From an uncultured Candidatus Nemicrothrix sp. (GTDB lineage Bacteria; Actinomycetota; Acidimicrobiia; Acidimicrobiales; Aldehydirespiratoraceae): a stretch of DNA of 64,000 nucleotides. The notes below the pieces were generated by a model, which ran no database searches, had not been told where the DNA came from, and saw only the letters and a list, made by a program, of their open reading frames with translations. This document shows positions 28,985-39,424 of the stretch, piece after piece. The stretch lies in NCBI GenBank assembly GCA_964504305.1, contig CAZDEB010000003.1:212047-276046 (forward strand). The letters run 5' to 3'. Positions within the stretch are counted from its first letter, which is position 1. Every line of letters starts with the position of its first letter. The translations under genes and the position numbers were made by a program.

Positions 28985-30619
28985 GTGATGCCCCCGCCGC
29001 GAAAGCCCCGATCTTTCGCCGCGCTGTCGTTGCCAGCGTTACTGTTGCTGGCGCTGTTCGCAGCCGGGTGTTCGTTCGAGACCAAGAACGCGGCCCGGGC
29101 TCGTCACCAACGCACAACGCTTCTCGATGGGGGTCTCCCAGTCGAGGTTCAAGGTGATGTTGTCCTTGGTTCCGAGGCCGACGGCATCGCCTTGAACCCA
29201 CTTTTGTTGGGCACAAATCTGCCGGCATGGGTTAGCCCCGGCAAGCTGGACAAGCCGTTCTTTTTTGATTCGATCGAAAAGTCGGGAACCACGCTGCTCC
29301 GACTCCCCGGCGGGTCGTGGAGCAACGCCTACAGCTGGGCTGGATGTCAGGCCAGCGACGATAGCGACTGCTACTGGACGTGGGCGTTGCGGCCCAGCGA
29401 CTTCATGGAGGTCATGGTTCGAACCGGCCTTCCGGCCATGTGGACGGTGTCGTTCAATGGCACGCCAGAGGAGGCCGCGGCGTTGGTGGCGTTCTTCAAC
29501 GGAGAGGTCGGCGACGAAACCACCATCGGTGCAGACCAGCGAGGCACCGGCTGGAAGACGGTCGATCACTGGGCTCGATGGCGCGCCGAACTTGGCTACT
29601 CGGAGCCGGTCCCGATCGCCTACTGGGAGGTCGGCAACGAGATTTATGGTGCGGTCGAGTCGGCCGGTCCCCATTGTGCACCATGGGGTTGGGAAGAAGT
29701 CGCGACGTGTGACGGCGTCGAATACGTCGAGGGGGTTGATGACCAGCAGGGGTTCCTCGATTTCGCGGCGGCGATGAGGGCTGTTGACCCAACAATCGAG
29801 ATCGGTGCCGTTGGCGTCGTGGGGCAAAGCGAGTGGGGAAACTGGGGCAAAGAGGTCCTGGCCGGGACCCGTGATCAAGCCGACTTCTACGTCATGCATC
29901 ACTACGGGTTCGATGGCGACATGAACGTCGAGGCCGCGCTGGCCATGCCGTACGAGACATGGTCGTGGGCGATGGACGACTTTGCCCAGGCTGCGACGGA
30001 AGCTTCGGTCGACCCCGCTCTTGCTGTTGCTGTGACGGAATACAACCTTGTCTCGTTTCTCGACGCCGACGTCGAGGCTCGCATGACACAGGCCATCAAC
30101 ATGTTCTACATGGCCGAAACAATCGGTGAAATGAGCGTCACCGGCGTCGACATCGCTACGCAATGGAACCTCATGAACGGGACCGCCTGGAACGGCACCG
30201 ACTACGGCATTGTCGATGTCGATACCGGCGAGATAGCGCCGCAATTCTACGCACTACGACTTTGGTCGCTGATGGGCGCCACGTTGTTGCCGGTAACGGC
30301 CGGAGTCGACGAGGTTTCCGCCTACGCGACGATCGATGCTGCGAGACGTTACGCGGTGATGCTCATCAACCCGACCGACGGCGACATCGATCTCGATGTC
30401 GAATTGCCGGTCGAAGGCCAGGTCGACGTCGTGGCCGATGTTGCCGTGGCCGACACGATGCAAGACCAACACATTGCCTACAACGGGGTAGAGGTCGGGT
30501 CCGTTGTCGATCTCGATCCCGAACCGCAGCAGCTCGGAAGTTTCGAGGGTGTGGTGCCGTTGTCGTTGCCGTCGTTGTCGGTGACAGTGATTAGGTTCGA
30601 GCCAGCGGCTCTTCGGTGA
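28985..30619 (+). CDS. Secreted/lipid-anchored clan GH-A glycoside hydrolase (GH51/GH44-like)
   Basis: Lipobox-like LFAAGC; LRLPGGSWS, YWEVGNE (acid/base), VTEYN (nucleophile). Confidence 0.7.
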   Translation: MMPPPRKPRSFAALSLPALLLLALFAAGCSFETKNAARARHQRTTLLDGGLPVEVQGDVVLGSEADGIALNPLLLGTNLPAWVSPGKLDKPFFFDSIEKSGTTLLRLPGGSWSNAYSWAGCQASDDSDCYWTWALRPSDFMEVMVRTGLPAMWTVSFNGTPEEAAALVAFFNGEVGDETTIGADQRGTGWKTVDHWARWRAELGYSEPVPIAYWEVGNEIYGAVESAGPHCAPWGWEEVATCDGVEYVEGVDDQQGFLDFAAAMRAVDPTIEIGAVGVVGQSEWGNWGKEVLAGTRDQADFYVMHHYGFDGDMNVEAALAMPYETWSWAMDDFAQAATEASVDPALAVAVTEYNLVSFLDADVEARMTQAINMFYMAETIGEMSVTGVDIATQWNLMNGTAWNGTDYGIVDVDTGEIAPQFYALRLWSLMGATLLPVTAGVDEVSAYATIDAARRYAVMLINPTDGDIDLDVELPVEGQVDVVADVAVADTMQDQHIAYNGVEVGSVVDLDPEPQQLGSFEGVVPLSLPSLSVTVIRFEPAALR

Positions 30620-31098
30620 CTTGGAGGCTGGTGGTCGTAGCGCTTCTGGCGGCGGCGGGCTGTTCGAACAACGCGTTGGCCGATTCGACGACACGAGATT
30701 CCAACGGAGCAATCGTTGCTTCCGGAACGGTCGGGACGTCTCGCTTGAGGGTGGGGGACTGCTACTCGGGGGCGGACTCGGAATCTTTGCGTACGGTCAA
30801 CGGTCGTCCGTGCGGGTCGCCCCACGATGGCCAAATGTTCGCTCGGATCGATTCGGTCAGATCGGGTGAGTGGCCGGGCCGAGAGTCACTCACCGCCGAA
30901 GCGTTCGACCAATGTCTGGTGTTTGCCAAGCGAGAGCTGGCCGCGGTGACCATGCGGGCCGATGCTGACGAGCTTCGCCTCTCGGCTTTCGTTCCCGACG
31001 AGTCGGCTTGGGATGATGGCGACCGGTCGATTGTTTGTCTGATCGAAACCAACGGAGCGCCTCTCACCGAGAGCCTGATCCTCGGTGTCACGAGCTGA
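30616..31098 (+). CDS. Septum-formation-family domain lipoprotein
   Basis: Lipobox AAAGC; LRVGDCY...PCGSPH.GQ...C...WDDGDRSIVC cysteine pattern. Confidence 0.7.
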   Translation: MTWRLVVVALLAAAGCSNNALADSTTRDSNGAIVASGTVGTSRLRVGDCYSGADSESLRTVNGRPCGSPHDGQMFARIDSVRSGEWPGRESLTAEAFDQCLVFAKRELAAVTMRADADELRLSAFVPDESAWDDGDRSIVCLIETNGAPLTESLILGVTS

Positions 31099-31116
31099 AG
31101 CTGGCAGACTCAGCTC

Positions 31117-31590
31117 ATGGGTCGACCCGTGTCTGGGAAGTGGTTCGAGGAGTTAACAGTCGGGTTGGTGATCGACCATCCGATTCGTCGCACGATTACC
31201 GAGTCCGACAACGTTTTGTTCACCACGATGACCATGAACCCGGCATGGCTCCATCTCGATGCCGACTACGCCGCCAACGAAACCGAATTCGGACAGCCGC
31301 TGGTCAACTCGTTGCTGACGCTCAGCCTCGTGGTTGGCATCTCGGTGCACGACACCACCCTCGGCACGACCGTCGCCAATCTCGGTTTTGATTCTTCGGT
31401 TTTTCCCGCCCCGATGTTTCACGGCGACACCTTGCGCGTCGAGACCGAGGTGATTGCTGCTCGCGGCTCGCAATCACGGCCCGGCCAAGGGGTTGTAGCT
31501 TTCGAGCATCGGGGATTCAACCAACACAACGTGCTTGTGTGTCGAGCGGTGCGTAATGCGTTGATGCTTCGCCGTCCCGTAGCCGACTAG
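31117..31590 (+). CDS. MaoC-family dehydratase
   Basis: [23 protein letters not shown]...[14 protein letters not shown]. Confidence 0.88.
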   Translation: MGRPVSGKWFEELTVGLVIDHPIRRTITESDNVLFTTMTMNPAWLHLDADYAANETEFGQPLVNSLLTLSLVVGISVHDTTLGTTVANLGFDSSVFPAPMFHGDTLRVETEVIAARGSQSRPGQGVVAFEHRGFNQHNVLVCRAVRNALMLRRPVAD

Positions 31591-32420
31591 TCCGACGCCA
31601 GTTCGATAACGCGCCGAGCCTGGGCCGCTACCGGCTCGTCGACCATCTGGCCCTCGAACGCTATCGAGGCAACTCCCGCCGCTTGAGCTTCGACATACGC
31701 GGCTACGAGTCGCTCAGCCCGGTCGACTTCGTCTGGGGTGGGTAAGAAGCATCGGTTGGCGATTGCGACCTGGCTGGGATGGATGCAGAGCTTTCCTCGA
31801 TAGCCGATGGCCTTTGCTTCGACGCACTCGCGTTCGAAGCGGGCATCGTCGCGGAAGTCGGCAACTATCTGATCGACGACCACGATCGAGCCAAGACGGG
31901 CCGCCAACGCGACTTGGGAACGGGCATAGGCGACTTCGTGGTTGGCTTCGGTTCGCACACCGCCCATGTCGGCCATGAAGTCCTCAGCCCCGAAGTAGGC
32001 CGCGTCGATGGCCCGGTGGGCGAGCAGGGCCCGACTGTCGGCCACTCCGAGCGCGGTCTCGATGCCGCCGACGATGAACCCTTCGAACAAGCCGAGATCG
32101 TGACTCAGCTGATCTAGGCCCTCTACGGTCTCGATCTTGGGTACAACGATGCCCGCGAGGCCGGGGGGCAGCGCGTTGATGTCGTCGCGGTACCAGGGAG
32201 TGGTCGGGTCGTTGATTCTGGCCAGTACCGGTATGGAGTCTGCGAGCTCACGCATTGCGGCTTGGAGGTTGTTGCGCCCTTGGGCCTTGGCGTTGGGCGG
32301 TGTGGCGTCCTCGAGGTCGATCACAATTGCGTCGGCCCCTGTGGCCGGCATTTTGGTGATGAGGTCGGGGCGAACCGCGGGGGCAAATAGCAACGAGCGA
32401 AGTCGGTGAGGGAGTGTCAC
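31587..32420 (-). CDS. CitE/malyl-CoA-lyase-family (HpcH/HpaI) CoA ester lyase
   Basis: RSLLFAP, DLEDA, ARIN, PKIE, IET, FGAEDF, GKLCIHP.Q, MVDEP. Confidence 0.88.
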   Translation of the reverse strand: MTLPHRLRSLLFAPAVRPDLITKMPATGADAIVIDLEDATPPNAKAQGRNNLQAAMRELADSIPVLARINDPTTPWYRDDINALPPGLAGIVVPKIETVEGLDQLSHDLGLFEGFIVGGIETALGVADSRALLAHRAIDAAYFGAEDFMADMGGVRTEANHEVAYARSQVALAARLGSIVVVDQIVADFRDDARFERECVEAKAIGYRGKLCIHPSQVAIANRCFLPTPDEVDRAERLVAAYVEAQAAGVASIAFEGQMVDEPVAAQARRVIELASD

Positions 32421-32497
32421 AGTCGAGACGTTAGGCGCCGTTCGACCAGCACCGCATTATCTGGGAAAGTCGGGTATCTCCGAGACGAAGGTTCGCG

Positions 32498-32965
32498 ATG
32501 CCTAATGACACCGAAGGTCGACAACAGGGCGTGAACCGGGTGGTGATGGCGGTTAGGGATCTTGACGCCGGTCGAGCCTTTTACGAAGAGTTTTTGGGTT
32601 GCACGTTTCACCCGGCTGATGATGCTGAGGCGGCGATGTGGGGCATCCGAATCTTGATGTCGTGGGACGGAGGGGTGGAGTTGGTGGCTCCTATCCCGGG
32701 GGCCGATAGCCATATCGAAAAGCATTTGGCCGAGCACGGCGAGGGTCTGGTTGGAGTTGTTTGGGCGGTTCGTGACGCCGACGCGTCGAAGCAGGCCGCC
32801 GCCAGCCATGGGCTCAGTTCGTTTTTCACGATCGATTACGACCAAGACCAGATCGACCAAAAATTACAGGGACGATTCAGCCGCTATTACGAGCATTTTG
32901 TTGCGCCGGGGGACCCGCTCGGCAACATGCAGGTCTTGGTCGGCGAATTCGACGAGAAAGACTGA
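32498..32965 (+). CDS. VOC/glyoxalase family protein
   Basis: VNRVVMAVRDLD, VELVAP, KHLAEHGEGL..VVWAV.D. Confidence 0.8.
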   Translation: MPNDTEGRQQGVNRVVMAVRDLDAGRAFYEEFLGCTFHPADDAEAAMWGIRILMSWDGGVELVAPIPGADSHIEKHLAEHGEGLVGVVWAVRDADASKQAAASHGLSSFFTIDYDQDQIDQKLQGRFSRYYEHFVAPGDPLGNMQVLVGEFDEKD

Positions 32966-32978
32966 GTTCGTTGGAGCC

Positions 32979-34184
32979 TTAGATCGAGATGGGGAACTCC
33001 GGCGGAACCGCTTGGTTGACCCCGGGATCGACTGGCCCGTTGAAGGTCGGGAAGCGACGGGTGGCGGCCTCGCGGAATCGGGTGGTGCTGTGAACGGGGT
33101 CCTTGTCGAACTCGGGGATCACGTGCTTGCCGAATACCTCGATCATCTCGAGAGTCTGTTCGTGGGTGTAGCCCTCGTCGGGGGTCCCGAATGCCACTTG
33201 GTCGCAGCCGACGTCTTGGTAGGCGGTGACCTGTTCGCATACTTCTTCGGGGTTTCCGCACAACATGTACCCCTCTTTGATCGCGTAGTCGAGCATCTCG
33301 TCGTCGAGTTCGAAGTGCGGTTTGGGGTTGGGCCAGACGATGGCGTCAGGGCTTTGGGGCATCGAGTCGTGGTACAGGTTGACCATGGTGACTCGGTAGC
33401 CGCGTAGGTTGCGTTTGGCCATGGCCCTCGCTTCCTCGCGGTCTTCGAGGCAGATAACCGCGTTGGTCATCATGACGTTGTTGTTTTGGTATTGGCCGAT
33501 TTGGTCGGTGACGTTCTCGGAGGCTTCCTTGTAGGCCTCGACTCGGCCTTTGAGGTTGTGGATCGGTTCGAAGTTGAAGGCAATTGCACCGATCCCGTGA
33601 CCGCCGGCTTTGGCGAATGTGGCCGGGTTACCGCACGCCACCCAGATCGGTGGGTGGCCGGTGCCGAAGGGTTTGGGCAAGATGTTGTGAGGGGTTGGCA
33701 CCGAGAAATGCTCGCCGTCGTGGGTGTAATCTTTTTGTTCCCACATACGCGGGACTTCGTGGGCGACTTCGTCCCACATGGCTTTGGTCTGGGACAGTTC
33801 GGTGCCGTCGAAGGTCCGGACCTCGTGGCTTCCGGCGCCGCGTCCGGTACCGAATTCGAACCGGCCTTCGGTTAGGTGATCCATCATTGCTGCCCGTTCG
33901 GCGATGCGAACGGGGTGTTCCTTGGTGGTCGGAAACGACGTGATGGCACTACCGATGTGGACCCGGTCGGTCTTGGCGGCGACGTATCCCATGAATGGAT
34001 AGGGCGCCGACATGTGGCTGTATTCGGTGAGTGCGTGATGCTCGCCAAACCAGGTGTATTTCCAGTTGTGTTTGTCGGCGTGAATCGCGTATTCGGCTTC
34101 GTGCATGAGCATTAGATGCTCGGATGCCGCGTCGTGAGCCGCTGGTCCGGGCAGGTAACCGTTGAAGAAAAGACCGAACTCCAC
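32979..34184 (-). CDS. LLM-class flavin-dependent oxidoreductase
   Basis: MEFGLF, W..EHH, HPVRIAERAAMMDHLTEGRFEFGTGRG, PKP...HPP.WVAC; GTG after AGGAG. Confidence 0.88.
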   Translation of the reverse strand: MEFGLFFNGYLPGPAAHDAASEHLMLMHEAEYAIHADKHNWKYTWFGEHHALTEYSHMSAPYPFMGYVAAKTDRVHIGSAITSFPTTKEHPVRIAERAAMMDHLTEGRFEFGTGRGAGSHEVRTFDGTELSQTKAMWDEVAHEVPRMWEQKDYTHDGEHFSVPTPHNILPKPFGTGHPPIWVACGNPATFAKAGGHGIGAIAFNFEPIHNLKGRVEAYKEASENVTDQIGQYQNNNVMMTNAVICLEDREEARAMAKRNLRGYRVTMVNLYHDSMPQSPDAIVWPNPKPHFELDDEMLDYAIKEGYMLCGNPEEVCEQVTAYQDVGCDQVAFGTPDEGYTHEQTLEMIEVFGKHVIPEFDKDPVHSTTRFREAATRRFPTFNGPVDPGVNQAVPPEFPISI

Positions 34185-34199
34185 AAAAACTCCTAAAAC

Positions 34200-34213
34200 T
34201 AGAACGCGTTCTG
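34200..34213. promoter_or_regulatory. KstR-type palindromic operator (candidate)
   Basis: TAGAACGCGTTCTG; one mismatch to TnnAACnnGTTnnA; 15 nt upstream of the LLM start codon. Confidence 0.5.
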
Positions 34214-34219
34214 GATAAG

Positions 34220-37141
34220 TTAGACCACTGCTGCGGGCGAATCAAGCGCCGCCGTCGAGTCGGGCCGATGGGCCAAGGTGTCGAGCGGGGGACAGCTACA
34301 AATGAGGTGGCGATCGCCGGCGGCGCCATCGATTCGGCTCACCGGCGGCCAGTATTTGTTGGCCCGGTCGAACGCGCTCGGGTGGGCGGCGATTTGGCGG
34401 CCGTAGGCATGGTTCCAGTCGTCGGCGATGACGTCGTCAGCCGGATGGGGTGCGTTCACCAACGGGTTGTCGTCAGCGGGCCATTCGCCCGAATGCACCC
34501 GCTGAGCCTCGTCGTGGATAGCGATCATGGCATCGCAGAATCGATCGATCTCGGCCAAGGATTCGCTTTCGGTGGGCTCGACCATGAGAGTGCCGGCCAC
34601 CGGGAAAGACATGGTGGGGGCGTGGAATCCGTAATCGATCAGCCGCTTGGCGATGTCGTCGACGGTGATGCCAGTGGCGTCTTTGAGAACCCGCGTGTCG
34701 AGGATGCACTCGTGGGCGACGAACCCGTCTGCGCCCTTGTAGAGCACCGGGAAGTACGGATCGAGGCGGGCGGCAATGTAGTTGGCGTTGAGAATCGCCG
34801 TTTCGGTTGCTCGGCGTAGCCCGTCTGCGCCCATCATCCGCAGATACATCCACGGAATCGCCAAGATTCCCGCCGATCCCCACGGGGCCGCGGCAACCGG
34901 CCCGGCTCCCGTCGGCGGTCCGGCGACCGGGTTCAGAGGATGGTTCGGAAGAAACGGCGCGAGGTGGGCGCCCACTCCGATGGGTCCAACTCCTGGGCCG
35001 CCGCCGCCATGGGGGATGCAGAATGTCTTATGAAGGTTGAGGTGGCTCACATCGGCGCCGAACTTGCCGGGTCGAGCCAAGCCCACCATGGCGTTGAGGT
35101 TCGCCCCATCGAGGTATACCTGCGCGCCGGCGTCGTGAACCATTTCGCAGATCCGACGAATCTCGACTTCGAAGACCCCGTGCGTCGATGGGTAGGTGAT
35201 CATAAATACTGCGAGTTGATCGCGGTGCTCGCTCACCATCTTGTCGAGGTGAGCAACATCGACGTTTCCGAAAGCGTCGCACTCGACGACCACAACCTTC
35301 ATTCCCGCCATTACTGCGCTGGCCGCGTTGGTGCCATGAGCAGAACTCGGGATCAGACAAATGTTGCGATCGTCGCCCCGACTGCGGTGGTAGGCCCTAA
35401 CCGCCAAGAGGCCGGCCAATTCGCCCTGCGCGCCGCTGTTGGGTTGCAGCGAGACCGCGTCGTACCCGGTGATCTCGACGAGCCAATGTTCGAGTTGATC
35501 GATCATTCGTTGGTAGCCCACCGTCTGATCGACAGGGGCGAACGGGTGAATCCCGGCGAACTCGGGCCAACTCACGGGCTCCATTTCGGTGGCCGCGTTC
35601 AGTTTCATCGTGCATGACCCGAGGGGGATCATGGAGCGGTCGAGGCCAATGTCTCGGTTGACGAGCATGCGCATGTAGCGAACCAGTTCGGTTTCGTTGT
35701 GGTAGGCCTCAAAAATCGGGTGAGACAGGACCGGACTTTGGCGCTTGAGTCGTTCGGGGCACGGGTGGTCGGCCACCGCCAGCATCTCGTCGACGTCGGC
35801 TTCGACCCCAAACGCACGCCAAAGGCCTTCGATCGTGGCTCGATGGGTGACCTGATCGAAAGAGGCCGCGACAGTGTCGGGATCAACACGGCGGAGGTTC
35901 AGGCCTTCGGTGAGGGCGATGGCCATCACCTTGTCGGCGCGACCCGGCACCCGGGCACAGATCGTGTCGAAGAACTTGTCGTGAACGATTTCGATGCCGC
36001 CTCGACGCAAACCCTCGGCTGCCGACGCGGCGAGGCGGGTGACACGATCGCCGATCTCCTCGAGACCCTTGGGCCCGTGGTAGATCGCGAAGAACGAAGC
36101 CATTACCGCGAGCAGTACCTGAGACGTGCAGATGTTCGATGTGGCCTTTTCGCGCCGTATGTGTTGTTCGCGGGTTTGCAGAGCGAGTCGCAGCGCGGCG
36201 CGCCCCTCGGTGTCGACCGAAACACCGACGACTCGACCGGGAAGTGAGCGCTGGAACTTTTCGCGTGTTGCGAAGTAAGCGGCGTGGGGACCGCCGAACC
36301 CCATCGGAACACCGAACCGTTGCGTTGACCCGACCACCACATCGGCTCCGAGGTCGCCGGGCGCGGCGAGAACGGTTAGCGCCAACGGGTCGGCGGCGGC
36401 CGCCACCAGCACGTTGGCTTCGTGCGCTCGTTCGATGATCGCCGCGAGATCGGGGAGCTCTCCGGTGGTGCCGGGGTATTGCACAACGACTCCGAACACC
36501 CCGTCGAGGTCGACGTCGGCGGGATTGGCGACCACAGTCTTTAGCCCTATGGGTTCTGCTCGGGTTTGGATCACCGCGACGGTTTGCGGGTGACAGGCCT
36601 CGTCGATCACAAAGACGTCGCCAGACTTTTTCTTGTTGACACGATGCAGCATGGTCATGGCTTCGGCTGCCGCGGTTGGTTCGTCGAGGAGCGACGCGTT
36701 GGCAACCTCCATGCCGGTGAGCTCGATGATCATTGTCTGAAAGTTGAGAAGCGCTTCGAGTCGGCCCTGGGAGATCTCGGGCTGATAGGGCGTGTAGGCG
36801 GTGTACCACCCTGGGTTCTCGAGAATGTTTCGACGAATTACGGGAGGAGTAACGGTCTCGTGATATCCCATGCCGATGAGCGAGGTTTGTTGGCGGTTGG
36901 CGCTGGCGACGCCGCGCAGCTCTTGTTGGGCTCCTAGTTGGCCGAGCGGCGATGGCAGATCGAGGTTTCCCGACAGCCGTATATCGCTGGGAACGGTTCG
37001 GTCAATCAGGTCCTCGATCGACGTGGCGCCAACAACACCGAGCATCGTTGTTTGGTCGGCGGCGGTTGGCCCAATATGGCGGCTCTCGAATGGGTCGCGG
37101 CCGGCTTGATCGGCGAGTGAAGGGCGGGGCGGGGTGGTCAT
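34220..37141 (-). CDS. gcvP: Glycine dehydrogenase (decarboxylating), P protein
   Basis: [73 protein letters not shown]; ATG at 37141 after GGAG (ORF-track extension to 37324 is riboswitch). Confidence 0.96.
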   Translation of the reverse strand: MTTPPRPSLADQAGRDPFESRHIGPTAADQTTMLGVVGATSIEDLIDRTVPSDIRLSGNLDLPSPLGQLGAQQELRGVASANRQQTSLIGMGYHETVTPPVIRRNILENPGWYTAYTPYQPEISQGRLEALLNFQTMIIELTGMEVANASLLDEPTAAAEAMTMLHRVNKKKSGDVFVIDEACHPQTVAVIQTRAEPIGLKTVVANPADVDLDGVFGVVVQYPGTTGELPDLAAIIERAHEANVLVAAAADPLALTVLAAPGDLGADVVVGSTQRFGVPMGFGGPHAAYFATREKFQRSLPGRVVGVSVDTEGRAALRLALQTREQHIRREKATSNICTSQVLLAVMASFFAIYHGPKGLEEIGDRVTRLAASAAEGLRRGGIEIVHDKFFDTICARVPGRADKVMAIALTEGLNLRRVDPDTVAASFDQVTHRATIEGLWRAFGVEADVDEMLAVADHPCPERLKRQSPVLSHPIFEAYHNETELVRYMRMLVNRDIGLDRSMIPLGSCTMKLNAATEMEPVSWPEFAGIHPFAPVDQTVGYQRMIDQLEHWLVEITGYDAVSLQPNSGAQGELAGLLAVRAYHRSRGDDRNICLIPSSAHGTNAASAVMAGMKVVVVECDAFGNVDVAHLDKMVSEHRDQLAVFMITYPSTHGVFEVEIRRICEMVHDAGAQVYLDGANLNAMVGLARPGKFGADVSHLNLHKTFCIPHGGGGPGVGPIGVGAHLAPFLPNHPLNPVAGPPTGAGPVAAAPWGSAGILAIPWMYLRMMGADGLRRATETAILNANYIAARLDPYFPVLYKGADGFVAHECILDTRVLKDATGITVDDIAKRLIDYGFHAPTMSFPVAGTLMVEPTESESLAEIDRFCDAMIAIHDEAQRVHSGEWPADDNPLVNAPHPADDVIADDWNHAYGRQIAAHPSAFDRANKYWPPVSRIDGAAGDRHLICSCPPLDTLAHRPDSTAALDSPAAVV

Positions 37142-37174
37142 GGCGTTCTCCAGATGAGCTATCGGGATATTGAA

Positions 37175-37368
37175 CCCGCTCGGTCCGGATGCCTGAGAGC
37201 TTCTCCGACGTGGTCGGATTTCCCCTTCGGCGGACACACAAAGTGTCGCTCTCCCGAGGCGTCCACGCAGCGGCGGTCGGGGTGCCTGAGAGGGTTCCGG
37301 GTGGTTGCTCCTTCGGCGCCTCACTCAAGGCGAGGACTCTCCCGTCGTTGCAGACGACGCAGCGCAGA
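37175..37368 (-). promoter_or_regulatory. Tandem glycine riboswitch
   Basis: Minus strand carries two copies of GGGAGAG...CGCCGAAGG(A/G)G(C/A)AA...CTCTCAGG immediately upstream of gcvP. Confidence 0.93.
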
Positions 37369-37409
37369 CGCTAGCAGTCCTGAACGATTCGATACGAACG
37401 GAGATCGAG

Positions 37410-38240
37410 CTAGGTGAACTCGGCCAACAACGCGATCATGCCGATGGTGTTGATTGCGGCGTGGGCGACGATTCCGGCCCATATTCGGCCGGTGAGTTTG
37501 CGGCCCCAACCAATTCCGAGCCCAAGGGCAAAAAGAATGAGTATTCGGCCGGGTTCAAGATGGGCGGCGGCGAAAACGGCCGAGGTGACCACCAGTACCC
37601 AGTTTTCGCTCATGCCTCGCTTCAGCAACGCGCTCCACCAGAGCCCGCGGTAGACCAGTTCTTCGATAACCGGCACCGCGGTGCTTGCCAGTACCGCCAG
37701 CGTGATCAGCCAAACATCGATTCCGCCGCCGGCTTCGGCGTCTTCGGCGAGCGAAGCGACAGATGCGGTCGGCTCGGCTGCTCCGAGTGCGGCCATGATC
37801 ACTGCGGCGACGCTGGCGCCGACCAGCGCCACGATGAACAGTGCGCCGGCAATGGCGAGGTCGATGCTTCGAAAGCCGAAACCGAAGTCGGGGTCGAGCC
37901 CGCTTCCTCTTGCTCGTCCCACCCACATCACGTGGGCGAGTTGCAGCGTGGGTGCGGTTATCACGATCAACGGGAGCCAAGGTCCGCCCAGGTCGGCGTC
38001 TCGCCCTTGCACACCGAACGCCACCAGCACCGCGAGAATCGAGCCGAGGAGAAATATGGCGTAGCTACTGAACGCGTCGCCGAGTCCCCAGCGACTGGAG
38101 GGTAGGAAAGGGGCGTGAGGCGGGCGGCTGTGGTCTTTCCAGGTCGCCCCGGTTCCGCTGCCGCGGTTGGGTGGTGGCGGTGGAAGGGAAGGGGGCGGCG
38201 GCGGAGGGGGAGTCGGCGGTGGTGGCGGTGGGATGCTCAC
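37410..38240 (-). CDS. CPBP (CAAX/Abi) family intramembrane metalloprotease with poly-Pro N-terminus
   Basis: EELVYRG, FAAAH, GIVAHAAIN motifs; GTG start overlaps upstream stop (GTGA at 38237-38240). Confidence 0.85.
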   Translation of the reverse strand: MSIPPPPPPTPPPPPPPSLPPPPPNRGSGTGATWKDHSRPPHAPFLPSSRWGLGDAFSSYAIFLLGSILAVLVAFGVQGRDADLGGPWLPLIVITAPTLQLAHVMWVGRARGSGLDPDFGFGFRSIDLAIAGALFIVALVGASVAAVIMAALGAAEPTASVASLAEDAEAGGGIDVWLITLAVLASTAVPVIEELVYRGLWWSALLKRGMSENWVLVVTSAVFAAAHLEPGRILILFALGLGIGWGRKLTGRIWAGIVAHAAINTIGMIALLAEFT

Positions 38241-39367
38241 GGGTGAAGGTCGCCGCGGTCGTGAAGCTCCAACTTGGGGAACGGACCAAAGAATCCATGC
38301 TCGTAGAGGCCGTACCCAAGTTGGTTGTCGTAGCGGAACTCGCCGACCGAATCGACGACGCCGTATTGAGCCAAGTTCTGAATCTCGTCGACGTTCCAAA
38401 TTCGCGACTGAACCACCAGATCATCTCCTTGCCACATGCCGTGACGCCAGTCGTCTTCCATTCCGTATCCGGTACCGAGCGAAATGAAGTTGGTGATCAG
38501 GGGGGCGGCTTCGAGCTTTATCCCGCCTCCCGGAGCCTGCGGAAATCTGATGGTCGAATGATCGAGGAGTCGGGTGTTGGAGATCATGTCGTGTTCCCAC
38601 TCGGGCCGGCCGAGCCAGTCCACCGGGCGTTCGGGGTCGGCCCAGATACGTACGGCTTCTTCGAGCGGGCGGACGCCGTCAGGTTGTTCGTGCAGCATGT
38701 AAATGATCGAGTGGTCGCCAAAGTCGATCGGCATGTAGTTCCACATGCCTGGCATGGTGCTGATTGATTGTCGGATGCCGTCGGGTTGTTTTTCGCCGAT
38801 GGGGCGCACTCCCCACGACCGGTCTCGTGTTCCGCCGCAGCGGTCCGGCGTAACTTCGAATTGTTCGTCGCCGATTTGCAGAGTTCCTTCCCACCGTCCG
38901 AGTTGCGCTAATCTTTGCGTGTCGAATACGACGGTGCCTTTGGTGCGGAGGTATTGGCGGGGTTCTTCGAACGCGGGAATCGAGCCGACCCACGTGATGT
39001 CCATCTCTAGTTGTGATTCGTTTGGTTCTACGACGACGCGCCCTTTGCGAAGCGGCTCTATGACCTCGATTCGCATCGGGCCGACGCTGATGTCCATGCG
39101 GTCGTCGAGGGGCCGGGACGCTCGCATGATCCGCTGGGTGCCGGCGCGGGTGACTGCTAGAAATGCGTCGGTAGTGCCGAGGTTGGGGTACTGGCCGAGT
39201 CCAAATATGGCGAAGTAGTCCGCTGACGAAGAGTGAAGGTTGAAGTAGTAGCGATCATAAAAGTTGCGGTCCGATGTCGCAGGATGGCGGACAAACTCGG
39301 CGGTTTGATGAACGGGGAAGTCGTCCCACGAAGAGATGCTGCGCTCGGTTGGGCGTTCGAAACTCAT
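38237..39367 (-). CDS. Conserved actinobacterial hypothetical protein
   Basis: DDFPVHQT...SDRNFYDRYYF, RDRSWGVRP motifs typical of a family seen near lipid/steroid catabolic genes; ATG at 39367. Confidence 0.7.
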   Translation of the reverse strand: MSFERPTERSISSWDDFPVHQTAEFVRHPATSDRNFYDRYYFNLHSSSADYFAIFGLGQYPNLGTTDAFLAVTRAGTQRIMRASRPLDDRMDISVGPMRIEVIEPLRKGRVVVEPNESQLEMDITWVGSIPAFEEPRQYLRTKGTVVFDTQRLAQLGRWEGTLQIGDEQFEVTPDRCGGTRDRSWGVRPIGEKQPDGIRQSISTMPGMWNYMPIDFGDHSIIYMLHEQPDGVRPLEEAVRIWADPERPVDWLGRPEWEHDMISNTRLLDHSTIRFPQAPGGGIKLEAAPLITNFISLGTGYGMEDDWRHGMWQGDDLVVQSRIWNVDEIQNLAQYGVVDSVGEFRYDNQLGYGLYEHGFFGPFPKLELHDRGDLHP

Positions 39368-39390
39368 AGTGAGTGGACCGTACCCGTTAG

Positions 39391-39407
39391 TCTGACGCGG
39401 CGTCAGA
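39391..39407. promoter_or_regulatory. Perfect 17-bp palindrome in divergent promoter (operator candidate)
   Basis: TCTGACGC-G-GCGTCAGA in the 57-nt gap between divergent starts at 39367 and 39425. Confidence 0.55.
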
Positions 39408-39424
39408 TTTCGAGAGGCTTGGCC

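Noticed and set aside
37142-37324. N-terminal extension of GcvP or a leader peptide
   Set aside because: Region is the tandem glycine riboswitch; SD and ATG at 37141 give the normal N-terminus.
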